A DNA stretch of 64,000 nucleotides from NCBI GenBank assembly GCA_028534125.1, contig CM052816.1, positions 54,748,001 through 54,812,000 of the forward strand. The letters are read 5' to 3'. Source of the DNA: Lama glama (taxonomy: Eukaryota). Shown one piece after another: positions 25,465-38,218 of the stretch (position 1 is its first letter; each line of letters opens with the position of its first letter). A model generated the notes under the pieces. That model was not told the DNA's origin. It worked only from the letters and a program-made list of their open reading frames with translations, and ran no database searches. Made by a program: the position numbers and the translations under genes.

Positions 25465-25632
25465 TTTTATTTTTTAAATTTTAAAAGTTTTTTTCTAATT
25501 TTTTTTCTTTTGGGGGGGCAGGGGTTAGGTTTATTTATTTATTTATTTTTAATAGAGGTACTGGGGATTGAACCCAGGACCTTGTACATGCTAAGCAGGC
25601 ACACTACCACTGAGCTATAACCTTCCTGCCCC
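25465..25632 (-). mobile_element. tRNA-Ala-derived SINE in the F2R intron
   Basis: Same head and tail. Confidence 0.9.
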
Positions 25633-27099
25633 GTTATTTTAAATTAAAATGGAATCTGTGTTCCTCTTCCCTCCCTAAACATTTAGCAATGTTTAGTTTT
25701 CCAGGGTGACACGGGACATGAGGGGCCTGTAAGGTACCTAGTCCCAGTGTTCAGAGCCGTAAATCAAATTTCACATTCACAGCCTTTTCCGCAAGTATTG
25801 CTTCCTTCCCCTTGCGACGCATCTAATTCACTCTGCATCGTGACCCTGGCACGTGGAGGCCCGACACTGGTACAGCGGCCCCAGTGGGAGGTGAGGCTAC
25901 CCTTGAGGTCATGATGAATGTGTGGGAGCCGGAAGAAGAGAATGAATGGGTTCTGGCATTTTGAGACCCACAGAGATATGCATCCTCGAAAGTGCTGACC
26001 CACAGGAACCTTAAAATAATGCCCAACTCCCTGCTACAGCGTTGGGAACCTGGTCAGATTAAGGACCCCCATCATGCACGGAGGGGAGAAAAGCACACGC
26101 GTACACACACGTGTTCACACAGTGGGGCGTCAAGACATTCCTGAGAGGAGTGACACCACTTGAAAACTACTGAACATTCATCGCTAAGCTCTCAGAGGCT
26201 ATCACTTGATCTGAAAGGCTTGACTCTAGTTAGTACTTTGGAAACAAGTATTTGTTTTCCAAAATTTCCTCCCTGGCTAGGCCTTCTTGGGCAGTACGGT
26301 GTTTAAGGTCAGAAGCGCTATACCCACTGGAATAGGAAATTTTTCTAGGCTGGAGCCCAGGAAGAATGCATAATCCCGTGATTAAATATCATCGCCTAAG
26401 GTGTCACCTTTTCTTGCCACCACAGGTTTGGTATTCTGGCTTTTAAGAAATTAAAGAACAACAGTAAATTTTGTTTGTTTATTTAAATATATACCAGCAT
26501 CAAAGAAAGAACAAAACCAATTCCAGGTGATTAAATGTATCTAACTAGCTCAAGCCCCTCAGGCTGAAATTTGAGTTTGGGTATCTTGCTTTTCCTCTGG
26601 TCCGAGCACAACTCATAGGTCAAGGAGAACGTGTACAAAAGGCTCTCGTAACACATCTTCTGTGTTTTTATTGTTAAGCTGTGGTTTAAAAAAAAAAAAA
26701 AGCTCAGGTCCTAAAATTGGTCCTTACGCTTCCTGTTAAGTTTCACCTAATTTAGGTATCTCTAAATGGCTTTAGAGTAGTTCTGTTATTGAATATACCA
26801 CATGGCTAATGAGTTTAAATGCGGACTAACTCTGGAGATTTTTAAAAATTAGTACGTCAGGCACAGTGCTTTTTCTGACGTTGATGAGATCTGGTCTGGA
26901 AGCAGAGTGGTGACCAGATGGTCTTTCGAGGTCCCACGTGATCCTGGGATACATACCATGTCAGCGTCCCACCACTTGCCAGCCTTGTTTCTGACTCAGA
27001 GGTCTGCCCTAGAGGACTCATGCTTTTGGAGAATCAATAAACTGGAAGTCCTAGGACCTTGTCCACATTCACACACTCAGCAGGATAGTTGTACCCTGC

Positions 27100-28455
27100 A
27101 CTTCGCCGTGAGTGAATCAGCATTAGGGGCTAAAGAGAAATAAAGAAGAGGATGGTGGGAAAATGACACATACCAACTCCATCAAGTGGAAAACAGTAGC
27201 GTTACTGGAATCCACTGCTTCAAATGCAAATGCTTGCCACGGAAAGAAATGTTCCTTAAAGAAATGGCTGGTTACAGATTGCAGGGTGGGGGAGGAAATA
27301 CACCAGATGGGCCTTGAATGTCTTTAAAGAACATTAGGGTCAGGTCACAAACACTCTGAAGTCAATCCAAAGGGGCTCCCCATTGGCCGAAGATCACTAA
27401 AAGAACAATTATGGGAATGAATGGAAACACTAGAAACACGTCATAAATGCTAAGATCCACGAGTTCATAACGACGCTCAAAGGAAAGTAAAACTTTTTTG
27501 TCACCTTTAGAGGAAATGTAGGGTCTGAAAATCGGTAAATAAAGGAAGGATTCAAGCATTTATCTTGCCTTTTCTAGTACATATTTCAGGGAAACCAGTC
27601 AATGAGGGAAGTTTCTTTAGAAAGCAATTCCAGGTTATAAGCACAGAAACACTAACAGATTTAGAAACACCTCTTAAAGCTCTTAGTGAAAGAATGAATT
27701 TAGCTCAATGATCATCAGTGGCTGTGAAAACCATTAGGTGAAAGGATGGGTGATGGGGAACTTTCTAATGGCTGGATGAAGCTGACAACACCCGAGTCCG
27801 CTGAGTAACCTTAAGATCTCAAAAATAGAGACAATCTGGAGGTGATGGAACAGGAAGAACACAGCAGCGCTGCTGAGGAAGTCTTGCAAAAAAAAACCAA
27901 ACTTGAATCAGGGTTAGCTTCCAGATGTACCACAGTACAGCAAACGCAGAGGAAAGAAGGGCATGGTGGGCACCCTACAAGATGCAGCTGGCCAGGCCCA
28001 GGATGCAGGCAAGTCTAGGAGACCAATGACTCAGTTTCTCTGATAAACAAACTTTAAAAAAGAGAAGGGAAGCCATTACAGGTTAAAAGAGATTTAAGAG
28101 CTATAGCAGCCTGATGCAGTGGTGGGCGTTGTTTGATTCTGATTCAAATAAACCGACTGTAAAAAGCATTAAGAGATAGTGAAATGTGAACACTGACTGA
28201 ATAGTACATGACACTAAGAAATTGTTCAGGTGTTATCATGGTATTGAGGTTGTGTGAAAAAAAGAGTTCTTATCTCTAAGGACATGTACCAAAGTATTTA
28301 TGGATGAAATGATACAGTGTCTGGGATTTGCTCTAAAACTGTCCATTTGGGGAGAAGGAAAGTGAGGGCATAGATAAAACAAGCTATAAAGGGTAACTGT
28401 ACTGTTCACTTTTGGGCATGTTTGAAAATCTCCATAATGAAAAGTGAAAAAAAAA
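27100..28455 (+). mobile_element. Old L1M (L1MC/L1MD-like) 3' UTR in the F2R intron
   Basis: gtatttatggatgaaatgatacagtgtctgggatttgctctaaaa and terminal tttgaaaatctccataat + A-tail. Confidence 0.75.
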
Positions 28456-28644
28456 AAAGACCAAATATTTTATGCACATTTACTTGCCACTAGAAACAAA
28501 GGACAATGGTTTTTGTTTTGTCTTAGTTTTGAAGAGGAAAAAGTTCTTGAACATTTGCGTCAACATAGTTTTACACTGAGAGAATTGATTTGATACCAAA
28601 TCCTCAAAGGCTTTTCTGGAATATGGAAGAGTTGGTGTTTGAAG

Positions 28645-28870
28645 AACACTTAACATTTGTTGAGCACCTACTATGTGCCAGCTACTTCGCTTACCTTACC
28701 TCCTGTAACTCTAACATTTTTACGAGATAAGCCCCTCATTTTATGGACAACATGGAAGCACAGAGAGGCTAAGTAAGTAATCCACAGTCACCCAGCTAGA
28801 AAGTGGAGGAAGCAGGACCTGAACCCAGATCTGCCTGGGTCTAAAACTCATACCCTTTGAACCACATACC
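28645..28870. mobile_element. MIR SINE (others near 1000-1140, 25230-25400, 46150-46320, 50330-50480, 59220-59390)
   Basis: aacatttgttgagcacctactatgtgcca...cattttatggaca...cacagagaggctaagtaa MIR core. Confidence 0.8.
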
Positions 28871-31056
28871 ACATAACCCTGTCTCTTTAAAAAACTTGTG
28901 AATTCAGGACCTAAAAGAGTACTCTTTTTTTTTTTCCTCTGAGTATTTCACTTAACAATGAATCTGCCCACCCTTTTTAACTAGAGCAGGCAGCACACGG
29001 CCACACGGACATACAAGTGAAGCTGATGACTGGCACAGCTGTTACTTGGGAACTCAGGAGTCCTGCTGACCTTGGCTTCACACCCACCACATGCCAGCAA
29101 CTCAGATCTCACAGACAGGACGGATGTACTAGAGACACATTCAAGGACAAAACCGAGAAAAAAATCTTCAAAATACTGTTGGAGATGAGGCAGAAGCAAG
29201 AGCAAGTGAACAAAAATCTATGTTGTGGAAAAGCCAGAATTAAAGATAAAATAAATACAGAATTAAGAAGAGATTGCCAGTGTCTAAGGCTCCTCTCCCA
29301 TCCCATGGCCTGGAGCAGGGACTCAGCAGAGGGCGCAGGAAGGCAAGTCTGGGAGGAGGCGAGGAGAGGGCAGGTTACAGGAAGTAAAGACAATCAGAAA
29401 ATCTAAATGTCGGCACACCTGAGGCCAGAGCAGGCACTGAGAAGTGTGTGGGCCCCTCCTGAAGGCAGGGCCTGATGTGTGGGGTCAGAACACTGACGCG
29501 AGGGCCTCTCTGGGGAGGACTCTGAGTCCCCCCGTGCTCCAGGCCTGTTCTCCACCACGTTCCCAGCCCAGGCCCCAGCTCCCTGGAAATGCTGCCGTCT
29601 ACTCTCCCAGACCCTAAGTTAAAAGGAAAACTAACTCACAATACAGGGTTTTAATAATCACCAATCCCTCTGGAACCAAGCTGTCGCCATCCCCAACCCC
29701 GCCCAAGTCCTACTGCAGATTGTAAACGTGAACTCAAACAAAGTCTGTTTTAGATATAATACAAACCATCACAAACAGCACTTCCTGGAAAGCAGGACTC
29801 TTCCCGTAAAGCCAAGAAGGCCCTCAGGTCTGCTGCCTGCGGAGCAATGCACTGCACCTGCTGCACTAGGTTTTAAATGATGACAGAGACTTGACAGTGA
29901 TTATGAAATCAACGTACAGGACTGTGAGGAGCATTAAAAAAATGGAATGTGCAGAAAACACTGGCGTGCATAGCACGTGGTAAAGGTGAGCACTGGTTGA
30001 TGAATCCTGTTTCTGTACACTGCAGACCATGCGTATTTACCACACACACGTTCACTATTGTGCCGTCATGTAAAGCGCATGTCTTACAGGTCCTACTGCT
30101 GGTTAGCAAAGAAGAAAATACTGGAAACATCCCTTTACAAGACCATAATACCTGATTTCTAATCCACCATAGACTTGAAGTATAAATAGACTAGATTAGA
30201 TTACATCCTTCCCTAAAGTTCAATAAATGTGTTTTGAAGTGCAAATTATAGATTATTCCTGTTATTTCCAACAGCAAGTTCTTTTGATAGCAAATAAATG
30301 TATAAAGGCCTGTAAGGGCCTTTCAAGTGGAGCAACATCATTGGATGCCTTGGGATGGAGGAAAAGGAGGTGTAATTTCTTGGGTTTTTCTAAGTACCGT
30401 CACAGGGTCAGTGTGGGAGAGGGTGTTTGGGGGAAGCTCAGCCTAGAAAGAAAGAGAGAGAGAGCTATATATTCTGACAGTTTCAGGCATAAGCAAGAGA
30501 GGGTGGAAGGCAGAATGAAAGAAACCACAAAACAAGGAAACAGAAAATTCTCATCGTTGAAACTGAATCCTCAATGCTAGCATCGCAGTCAAAATAAACC
30601 AAGGCCGGGTTCCTAGTGAGGCTCCTGGGGTATCTTGGGGAGTATCCTGTAGCAAACCCAGGGTCCTGGTGACTCCATGGGCTCAGTGGAACTCCAGAGC
30701 AGGCTCAGCTGAGTTCCAGTTTGCCAGGGTGACAAGGCTTGGGGTGACCTGACTGAGGGAGGAGAGAAGGGGCAGAAAAGAGCACAGGGCAGACAACCAG
30801 CCAGAAGCACTTTGGAAAAGGAGCAAACTCAGAGCTGCTGAGAAACACTGGTCCACGCAGACATGAAGGGCTGGGAAATGCTGAGCCAGAGAGATGGAGG
30901 GAGGCCTGGAACGGCCACTAGCAGAGACGCCATGGGAAGACTCCCGAGACATGGCAAATGCCTCAAAAAGTGCCCTCAAAAAAAGGAACAGTGGTCACAT
31001 TGGCAGAGAGCTGACCATCATGATATGTCCTATAAAGATGGAGCCGCATCCACTAA

Positions 31057-31080
31057 GGAAGGAAGGAAGGAAGGAAGGAA
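31057..31080. repeat. (GGAA)n microsatellite in F2R intron 1
   Basis: Six consecutive ggaa units. Confidence 0.9.
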
Positions 31081-32299
31081 ATAATGAGTGAATGAGAAAG
31101 AGAGAGAAGCAAGAAAGGAAAGGCGGAAGGAATTCAGATAGAGACTGCAGTAGAAAATTACTTGCTGACTCATAAGAAATTTGACTTCCAGGGGTTTCTG
31201 GTGGCCTTAAAGCAGCACCACTGTCCAGTTTTGTGTCTTCTGTTGGGCTTCAGACCACAGTCTCCCAGTAACAGCCAATTAATTGGCTCAGGCTTTGACA
31301 CAGACTATGACGCTTGACACGCATTCCTTTTCTTCTCTCCCTCCCAAAGTGGTCCCAGCATCCAGCATAGATAAATCAGCCAATGTTATTCAGCTATCTT
31401 TCTGCCTACACCAGTGCTGCGCATCTTAGGATGCACCATTCAGGTTGATGAGGCAGTAAGAAGTGTGGCAGAAACAAGTCTTCACTTGCTAAAAGAGGCC
31501 AAAAATCTTTCCCGGGGGGGGGGGGCACTGTGAGGAAAGGTGATGACCGTAGATGCCACATTTGTATAAACCTATTCTCTACCCCACCATCCAAATTGCA
31601 ACCAAAAGTTTGTGTTCTTAAGAGCTTGTCCCACAATAAAATTACTAAGTGATATCTGACATCAGTGTCACCATACACTGATGGAGTTCTCCATGCATCC
31701 CCAGACACCCCAGGAGATAAGGCTCACATTATCCAGACACAGGCCAGCAGTTGCTGCAGAACTCTGGGCTCCTGTGTGGGGCTCTGAATTTTCCCAGAAG
31801 CATCACCTCAAAACACCCTGAGCAAAGACAGAGAATAGAGAAAAGGGTGTCTCTATCACCTCTTAATTTCCATGCGTCCACACTCTGGTGTAAAAACATC
31901 AGAGTACACACTCTTTCACAGCTGAGAAAAACACCTAGAATTTGTTTGTGTGAAAAAGGGGGGGGGGCTGAAAGCTTAAAAAGTACTATCGCTATTAAGA
32001 AATAAAAACATTTTTCTCCCTCACTTTCTAAATAGCATCTTTAAAAACAACCTCTCTGCTCTGCTTTTCTTAGGGAGGTTGGAAAATACATTTATTTATT
32101 TGCTCAAATAGCCGGATACTTAAAAATACTACACTATTAGTAATAACTGTATTCTAGGTGAGCAACCTCTTCCTGGCACCAGATCAGAAACTGAAATGCT
32201 GAAATCCCATAGGGTCTGAGAGAGCTCTGAGGCGGGGATCTCTTAACTCATTGGGAAGACGAGGGTCCAGATAACAAACAAACAAAGCCTCCCAGCCGC

Positions 32300-34200
32300 C
32301 ACGACTGCCTCGTGGCCACCCAGTTATCGCCCTGCGCCCGGCTCCATGAGCAGCTCCCGCACACAAGGCCCGTGCCAGGGGCCGCTGCTACTGATTTTCT
32401 ACTAAATGTGCCAAGCGACCAAGCTTTTCGCTACACCACTTTTCTCGCCTGTAAAACGTGCAAGAAAAACAATTCAAACAAAACAAAACTTCAGCGGGAG
32501 CGCTGTTCCCCACCTCATCTTGAAAAGACCTGAACGTTTGTTGGTGGAGCAACGTGAAACCCTTTCTTTTTGGGGCAGTTCTGGAAGAAACAGGCCACAC
32601 AGTGACAACAAGTGCAACGAGGAACCTCAGGCTTCCCCCGAGAAAATCCGACCCACTCCTCCTCCATATCCAGCACTGCCACAGGCCGGCTGCATCCTCC
32701 AAAACCGAGTGCAAAGGGACATGAGCTGAGCCCCAAGTGGGGTGGGACGGGCACCCCACCTGGATATGAGTCGGGGAGGCTCTGATCTCAGCCCAAACGT
32801 CTGTCTGGCTCCCAGACGACGCTGTGGCAGAAGGTGCGGTTAGGGGCACCCACTGGGTCCCAGCGCGTTGTCCCTTATCCTCCAGCTGCCCCATTCTGGC
32901 CCGGGCCCCTGCTGCGGGCTCGAGGGAAGGCTGGGAGGAAATGCCGGCGGCAGCTCTTACCTGCCTTTTGGCCTGGGGTGCGGGCCGACAGCAGAGGGCC
33001 GCAAAGACTGAGCCCCGCGGCGACCACCAGCAGCCACCGCGGCCCCATTGTCCGGGGGCTCGGCGCGCTCGGCGCGGCGCTGCTGCGGGAGTCCGGCCGC
33101 GCCGCCGGGAGGCTCCGGCTGCAAGCTGTCCCTCCTCGCACGGGGTCCAGCGAGGGGCCGGGACCGGCGGGCAGAGAGCTCGCTGCCGCTGGGCAGGAAG
33201 AGACGGCTCGGTGTCGCCCGGCGGCTCGGCGAGTCTGGCGGCGCTGGGCAGGACAAGGGGCGCTGGGCGCGGGGCGCGGGCGGGGGCGGGGCGCGCGGGC
33301 GCCGGGCCGGAAAGGGCGCCCCCCAGCGCCAAGGTGCGCCTCCACACGGCCGCCGCCCGCCAGGCCCGCCGCTAGGCTGACCTCCCGGCTCCGCCACCTG
33401 GCCGCCCGCCCAGCGCCCCGGTTGAAGGCCACTGCCCCGCGGGGGAACCCAAGAAAGACGTTGTTTCCTTGGTCTTCGCCTTTGATCAACGAAGCTATCA
33501 GTAACTGATTCTGGTGTGGTCCTTGGAACGGGCCGCTCAGCCTCTCCTTAACTCTCCCGGGGAGCAAAGACGTTAGCAGAGAACCTTGGATCAGGGATGC
33601 GCCCCAGGAGCCCTCCCTGCCCCCAGGGCCAAGCACTGGACCTCAGGCCCAGCGCTGCGGCCCATTACGTTTGAAAGTGACTTCTGTTTTGTAATTTGAG
33701 AATAGTGGATTGAAACGTTTACACTGTAGCGACAAAGTTGTCCTCTGATGAGAAGGGGCATCCAGGTTTGAGCAGAATTCTTAGTATTTCTCATTCGCTT
33801 CTCTTTATTTCGCCACTTCGATATTGCATACGTGGGGCACATATTTCATCGACAAGCTGACTGCGAGTGGAACTAATCATCTGGTACCAAGAGCAGCTGC
33901 TTCTCCCTCGTGCTCCGGCACGGCGGCAACTTTTTCCCTTTAACAAGAGCTCTCAGCTCAGCCGCCCGCTAGAACCACCTGCGCGGCTTTGTCCAGGAGG
34001 TGAGCGGACTAGCTGTTCCTACGCCCCGCCCAGTACTGGGCGCCTCCTGCGAAAGGGATGCCCGGAGAGCGAAGTGCCCAGGTTAACTCGTAAGGGCGCT
34101 CACACTTCCCCGTACCTGTTAACAGAGTGGCCGAATTCAAGTCAGGCCAGGGAACACTCGAGCCTGTGGCTAAGGGCCCCCTGGAGGGCAGCGGGGCTGA
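32300..34200. promoter_or_regulatory. CpG island / TATA-less GC-box promoter of F2R (core about 32900-33450)
   Basis: Very high GC and CpG density spanning exon 1; stacked GGGCGG boxes at about 33265-33300. Confidence 0.9.
32961..33048 (-). CDS. F2R: F2R/PAR1 exon 1 coding part (signal peptide, 88 nt)
   Basis: ATG at 33048 in a strong Kozak context (acaATGG). Translates MGPRWLLVVAAGLSLCGPLLSARTPGQKA+G, then donor G|gtaag at 32960. Matches the PAR1 N-terminus; phase-1 junction fits exon 2. Confidence 0.97.
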
Positions 34201-34787
34201 AGCTCCGCAAGGAGGCAGATTATTTTGCTTAGAGAGCATTATCTGGTGAGCACGTCTTTCAGACCGCAAAGGGAAATAGGTCCCCTCAACTGACCGTTTC
34301 TGGGAAAGTTTACCCGCAGCCCCTTCTCCTCCCAGATGTGGGGGTGTGTCCTGCACCCTGTGGCTGATAAACTGTTACTGAGAGTCACTGGTCAGGGAAT
34401 TGAGACGAACACGGACGACGTCATTCCCTTCAACCAGTGGAGAAAATACAGCAGAGACCATTTCCTTCTTATTTCCCTCATTATCCTCAGAGCACAGAAG
34501 TTGCTCGTTTACAGAATAATCCAATTAAATGACGCTATTAAAAAATTTTTCCCTCTTCATTCTCCAAGGAAAACATAACCAAGAGTAGATGTGAACTGTT
34601 AAGATTATTTATTTCTCCACTCTCTATTAACATTCTATTTATCTTTTATCAACCCTAAGATGCCTCTGATTTTAAAACATCATTTGAATTTATGTACCAC
34701 GAACAAGAAAAAATGCTGCCAATTAAATCACTGCTTGTAAGAAACATCTCAATTTCAGGATTGTTTAAACATGAGGAAAGGACACCT

Positions 34788-35433
34788 TGAGACAGGAGGG
34801 AAGGGGGCAGGGCACAGCCACTCGAGGAATGACAGCAATTTAACACCAAAATGGTAGAAGATTCACCAAAATGGTGGAAGATTCAACTCCTAGTTGGCTT
34901 TGAGGATTAAGAGGTTTGACTTCTAGGAGAACTTGAGCTTCATTATATGCTCATTGTAACAGCGTGATAAGTAACATGTCCGCAGGTGTGTGACAGTCCC
35001 AAGGATAACCGCAGAAGGCCAAAGAACGGGCGGTGGCCCAATTCCTGGGAATCCCAGCCCCCTCCGCAGGGTAGTTGAAATGGTCCCACTTGTAGGCGTG
35101 TGAAGCTACTGAGCCCATAAAAACTGATACCACCACTCCTAGCGCCCTTTTCTTCATTTCCTCCTCTTTGGAGATGGCCCACACTCTGTCTATGGAGTGT
35201 GTACCTACTTTTATTTTAACCTAAGCACCCAATTCCCACACCTCTTTCCTTGCCTTTCTCTTGCCTTACACTCTATGCAGTATGTTTCTCTCTAAATAAA
35301 TCTGCCTTTACTCAACTGTGGCTCACGCTTGAAATCTTTCCTGCGTGAAGCCAAGGACTCACACATGGCGGGCATGTCCCAGGGGCTCAACCTAGACCCC
35401 CTCCTCACGCCTGACATCCGTTTTCCTGCATCA
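34788..35433 (+). mobile_element. Solo ERV1-type LTR, inserted in an old Tigger-like fragment (about 34655-35455)
   Basis: TG...CA ends, TSD acct/atct, CCAAT at 35038, cataaaa at 35117, AATAAA at 35295-35300, 20-bp tandem duplication at 34844-34883. Confidence 0.85.
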
Positions 35434-35984
35434 ATCTCCGAATCAATGAAATAGAGTGTAAAATATAAAACTAATTAATACATGTGGCAAAATATTATAA
35501 TGGTTCAAGAATACAAAATGAAAAGTAAAAGCCTTCCCTTCTAAGAACCCCATCTCCATGATGACCACTGTTAAAAGTTTCTATCCATCATTCAAGAAAT
35601 TGTAATCCCACACAAGTATATACATATATATATAGCCTTAAGATAAAAAATGGAATAATATTCTGACGACATTTTTAAATTTTGTGTTTCATTGGTGGAA
35701 AATGTTTTTTAACCATTTTATAAAACTAAAGTTTAAAAGGATTTTTTTTTGCTTAGTTCTTAAAACAGAATGTACCTCTATTGATGGAAAGAGGCTGCTG
35801 AAAAAATGCAATGCTTAAATTTTTTTTGCATATTACCTAAAATACCCTTTAGAATGGGGCTGAAATACAATGAGCAAGTGAGGAGAATGGAACAGAATGA
35901 GGTATTTCTTCCTCACTTCAGTGTTTTTTAAGATTGTGGATTGCTAACTGAACAGCCACCAAAAACTGAACTTACCTTCAAAAA

Positions 35985-36310
35985 CTTTAGCATGCTCAAG
36001 TGCAGATTCCAGGACCCCATCTCAGACCTATGAAATCAGATTCTACATTTTTACAAGCACCCTCAGGTGATGGTAGTGTCTGAGGGTTTCCAGACCAAAG
36101 TTTTGAGTAACAACGTTCTAAGACAGGGTTCTCTAACTTTAGCATAGACCAGAATGATCTGGGAGACTTGTTAAACCCCAGTGCTAAGCTTCATCGCCAG
36201 AGTTCTACATTCGGTCAGTCTGGGATACAGGCTGAAAATTAGCATTTTTAACCAGTTCCCAGATGACGCACTGAGGCCACTGTGGACACACTTTGAAAAC
36301 GACTGCCCTG
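35985..36310. mobile_element. Two adjacent MER5-like elements
   Basis: tgcagattccaggaccccatctcagacct... and cagggttctctaactttagc...cactttgaaaacgactg. Confidence 0.75.
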
Positions 36311-36433
36311 AGAGGGAAAAAGAGCTGAACAAGATTCCATATAGTTTGTATTACTTTCTTTAACTTACACAATGTTTCAAACACAGAAAACTCCAGGGCC
36401 TAATACAACACCTATGGCATTACAAAAAAAAAT

Positions 36434-36434
<1 letters not shown>

Positions 36435-36494
<60 letters not shown>
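36435..36494. repeat. (TATC)n / (GATA)n tetranucleotide microsatellite, about 15 units
   Basis: Uninterrupted tatc run seen directly. Confidence 0.97.
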
Positions 36495-36496
<2 letters not shown>

Positions 36497-37340
36497 ATAT
36501 GGTCTAAGCTTTCTTGCTACCCTTTTTAGATTCCATTCTTTTTTCCTGCCTGAAAGAGTAACTTTCTCATCCATATTTTTGCACTTTTAGTACATTTGTG
36601 TTTCCTCCCAATTTGTTTTATTTTTAGTATTGCTTTGTATGTTTTAATATTTACACAAAGTAACATACTCTAGGAATACTTCTGCAGTTTACATTTTTTT
36701 TAAGATTTACCTGTTTGATACATGTATATCTATTTTTTAAACTATAGTATTTCCTTGTAATATATATCACATTTTATTCTTCTCAAGCTATTTTATCTAA
36801 GTTTTGACCCCACTTTTATTACCAACATAACTTATTTTTGCTTTATTTTCCCTTAATGAATCTGACCAAAGGTTGGAAATGATCATTTCCATATGTACAT
36901 CTTTTTGTTTTGTTGCTTTTATCATTAATTTTTAATTTTTATTTTTTTTAACATTTTTTATTGATTTATAATCATTTTACAATGCTGTGTCAAATTATCA
37001 TTTATTTTTAATGTCTTTAATTTTCATACGGGCTTTTGATTATTTCCTTCCACTTTCTTAGAATTTACTCTTAATTCCCCTAACCTTTTGAACTGATTGC
37101 TTAGCTTGTTAATTTTCATTTTTTTCTCCCTGAAATGACCACTTCAGCTGCATTTTATAAATTTTGAAATGTACATATATGCAATTCTGGTCTAAATATT
37201 TTGTCAACTTCATTCTATCTTTTTCAATACCTAAGTTATTGAATTTTTGACTGGCTTTTTTTGTGTGTGTGATTAATGTCTAATTTTGTGTTAGAGTCTA
37301 TTGGTGCTCTGTTTTCTCTGTGTAAGTTTTTTTTATACTT
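36495..37340 (-). mobile_element. Highly degenerate L1ME-like sequence
   Basis: T-rich antisense-L1 composition with a few recognisable motifs. Confidence 0.5.
36935..36996 (-). mobile_element. Very short young L1 3' tip
   Basis: Reverse complement of aatttgacacagcattgtaaaatgattataaatcaataaaaaatgtt, as in the other young copies. Confidence 0.8.
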
Positions 37341-38218
37341 TTTGTGTGCTCTTTAGAGCTTGTTGAAAAATATAGCAATCTCTCTACTTCATTTGTTGCA
37401 TGTCACCCATACCTAAACCTTTTTGTTGACAGTTTTAGAGCAAATATGGGCAGGTTCCCTGGAGTAGAAAATCCACCTAACCGGAGATGGCTACCCAACA
37501 TGTTAATATTCCTCAGAAATGAAATCTCATGATTGCAGCATCATTCATACTGGAACCACTCGATACTGGCTCCCATCTTTCATTCTCTCTGTTTGAACTT
37601 GTCTGGCACCAATCGTATGAGCCATTAGCTATCCTCTCTTAGTGTTGGTGGTATTTAGTAGTATTTTAAAGCAAATGTGTTATCCAAATTGGTGAAAGTT
37701 TTAATCCCTAGATCCTCTGAAAGCAGTTTCAATTTGAACCCATTAGATGACCTGCCTGCTTTTGCTCTTCCATTACCACTCCTCTGTTTGAAGCCCTCCA
37801 AAGACAACACTATATCCAAGAACTTGCCTTAGTAATTTCCTTTTGGAAATTATATGAAATGAAATCAAGTTGTATTCGAATCCAATAGATTCTGTGCAGA
37901 TATCTCCACATTTGTTTTTTTCAGCAAACAGCAGGTCTGTAATCAAGTTACAGGCTTACCAACAGGATTCCTGTTTCCGCCTTTTGTTGATAAAAACCTG
38001 CGTTGGTATTTTGGGTTTAGAAGTAAAGTTAATCTTTTGTAATGGTTCAACAATCCATTTCCACTAATTATACCATGGACAAAATGGGAGAGTATCCCTG
38101 TGGTTTGGGGTGTGAAGAAAAGGTCAAATTCAGTACCTGTTAAAAAGAAAACAAAAACATGTTTAAGTTACATAAGGTAAACCCAGTATCTTTCACTTCT
38201 CATATTTGTTCATTTCTT

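Larger units (their letters stand above)
22907..32960 (-). other. F2R: F2R intron 1 (10,054 bp, GT-AG)
   Basis: Bounded by gtaag donor and polypyrimidine-cag acceptor; joins the two exons in frame. Confidence 0.95.

Noticed and set aside
32388..33636. Several long Ala/Arg/Pro/Gly-rich ORFs (up to 319 aa), including an in-frame upstream extension of the F2R ATG
   Set aside because: Expected stop-codon scarcity in a CpG island; the real start is the strong-Kozak ATG at 33048, which begins the signal peptide.
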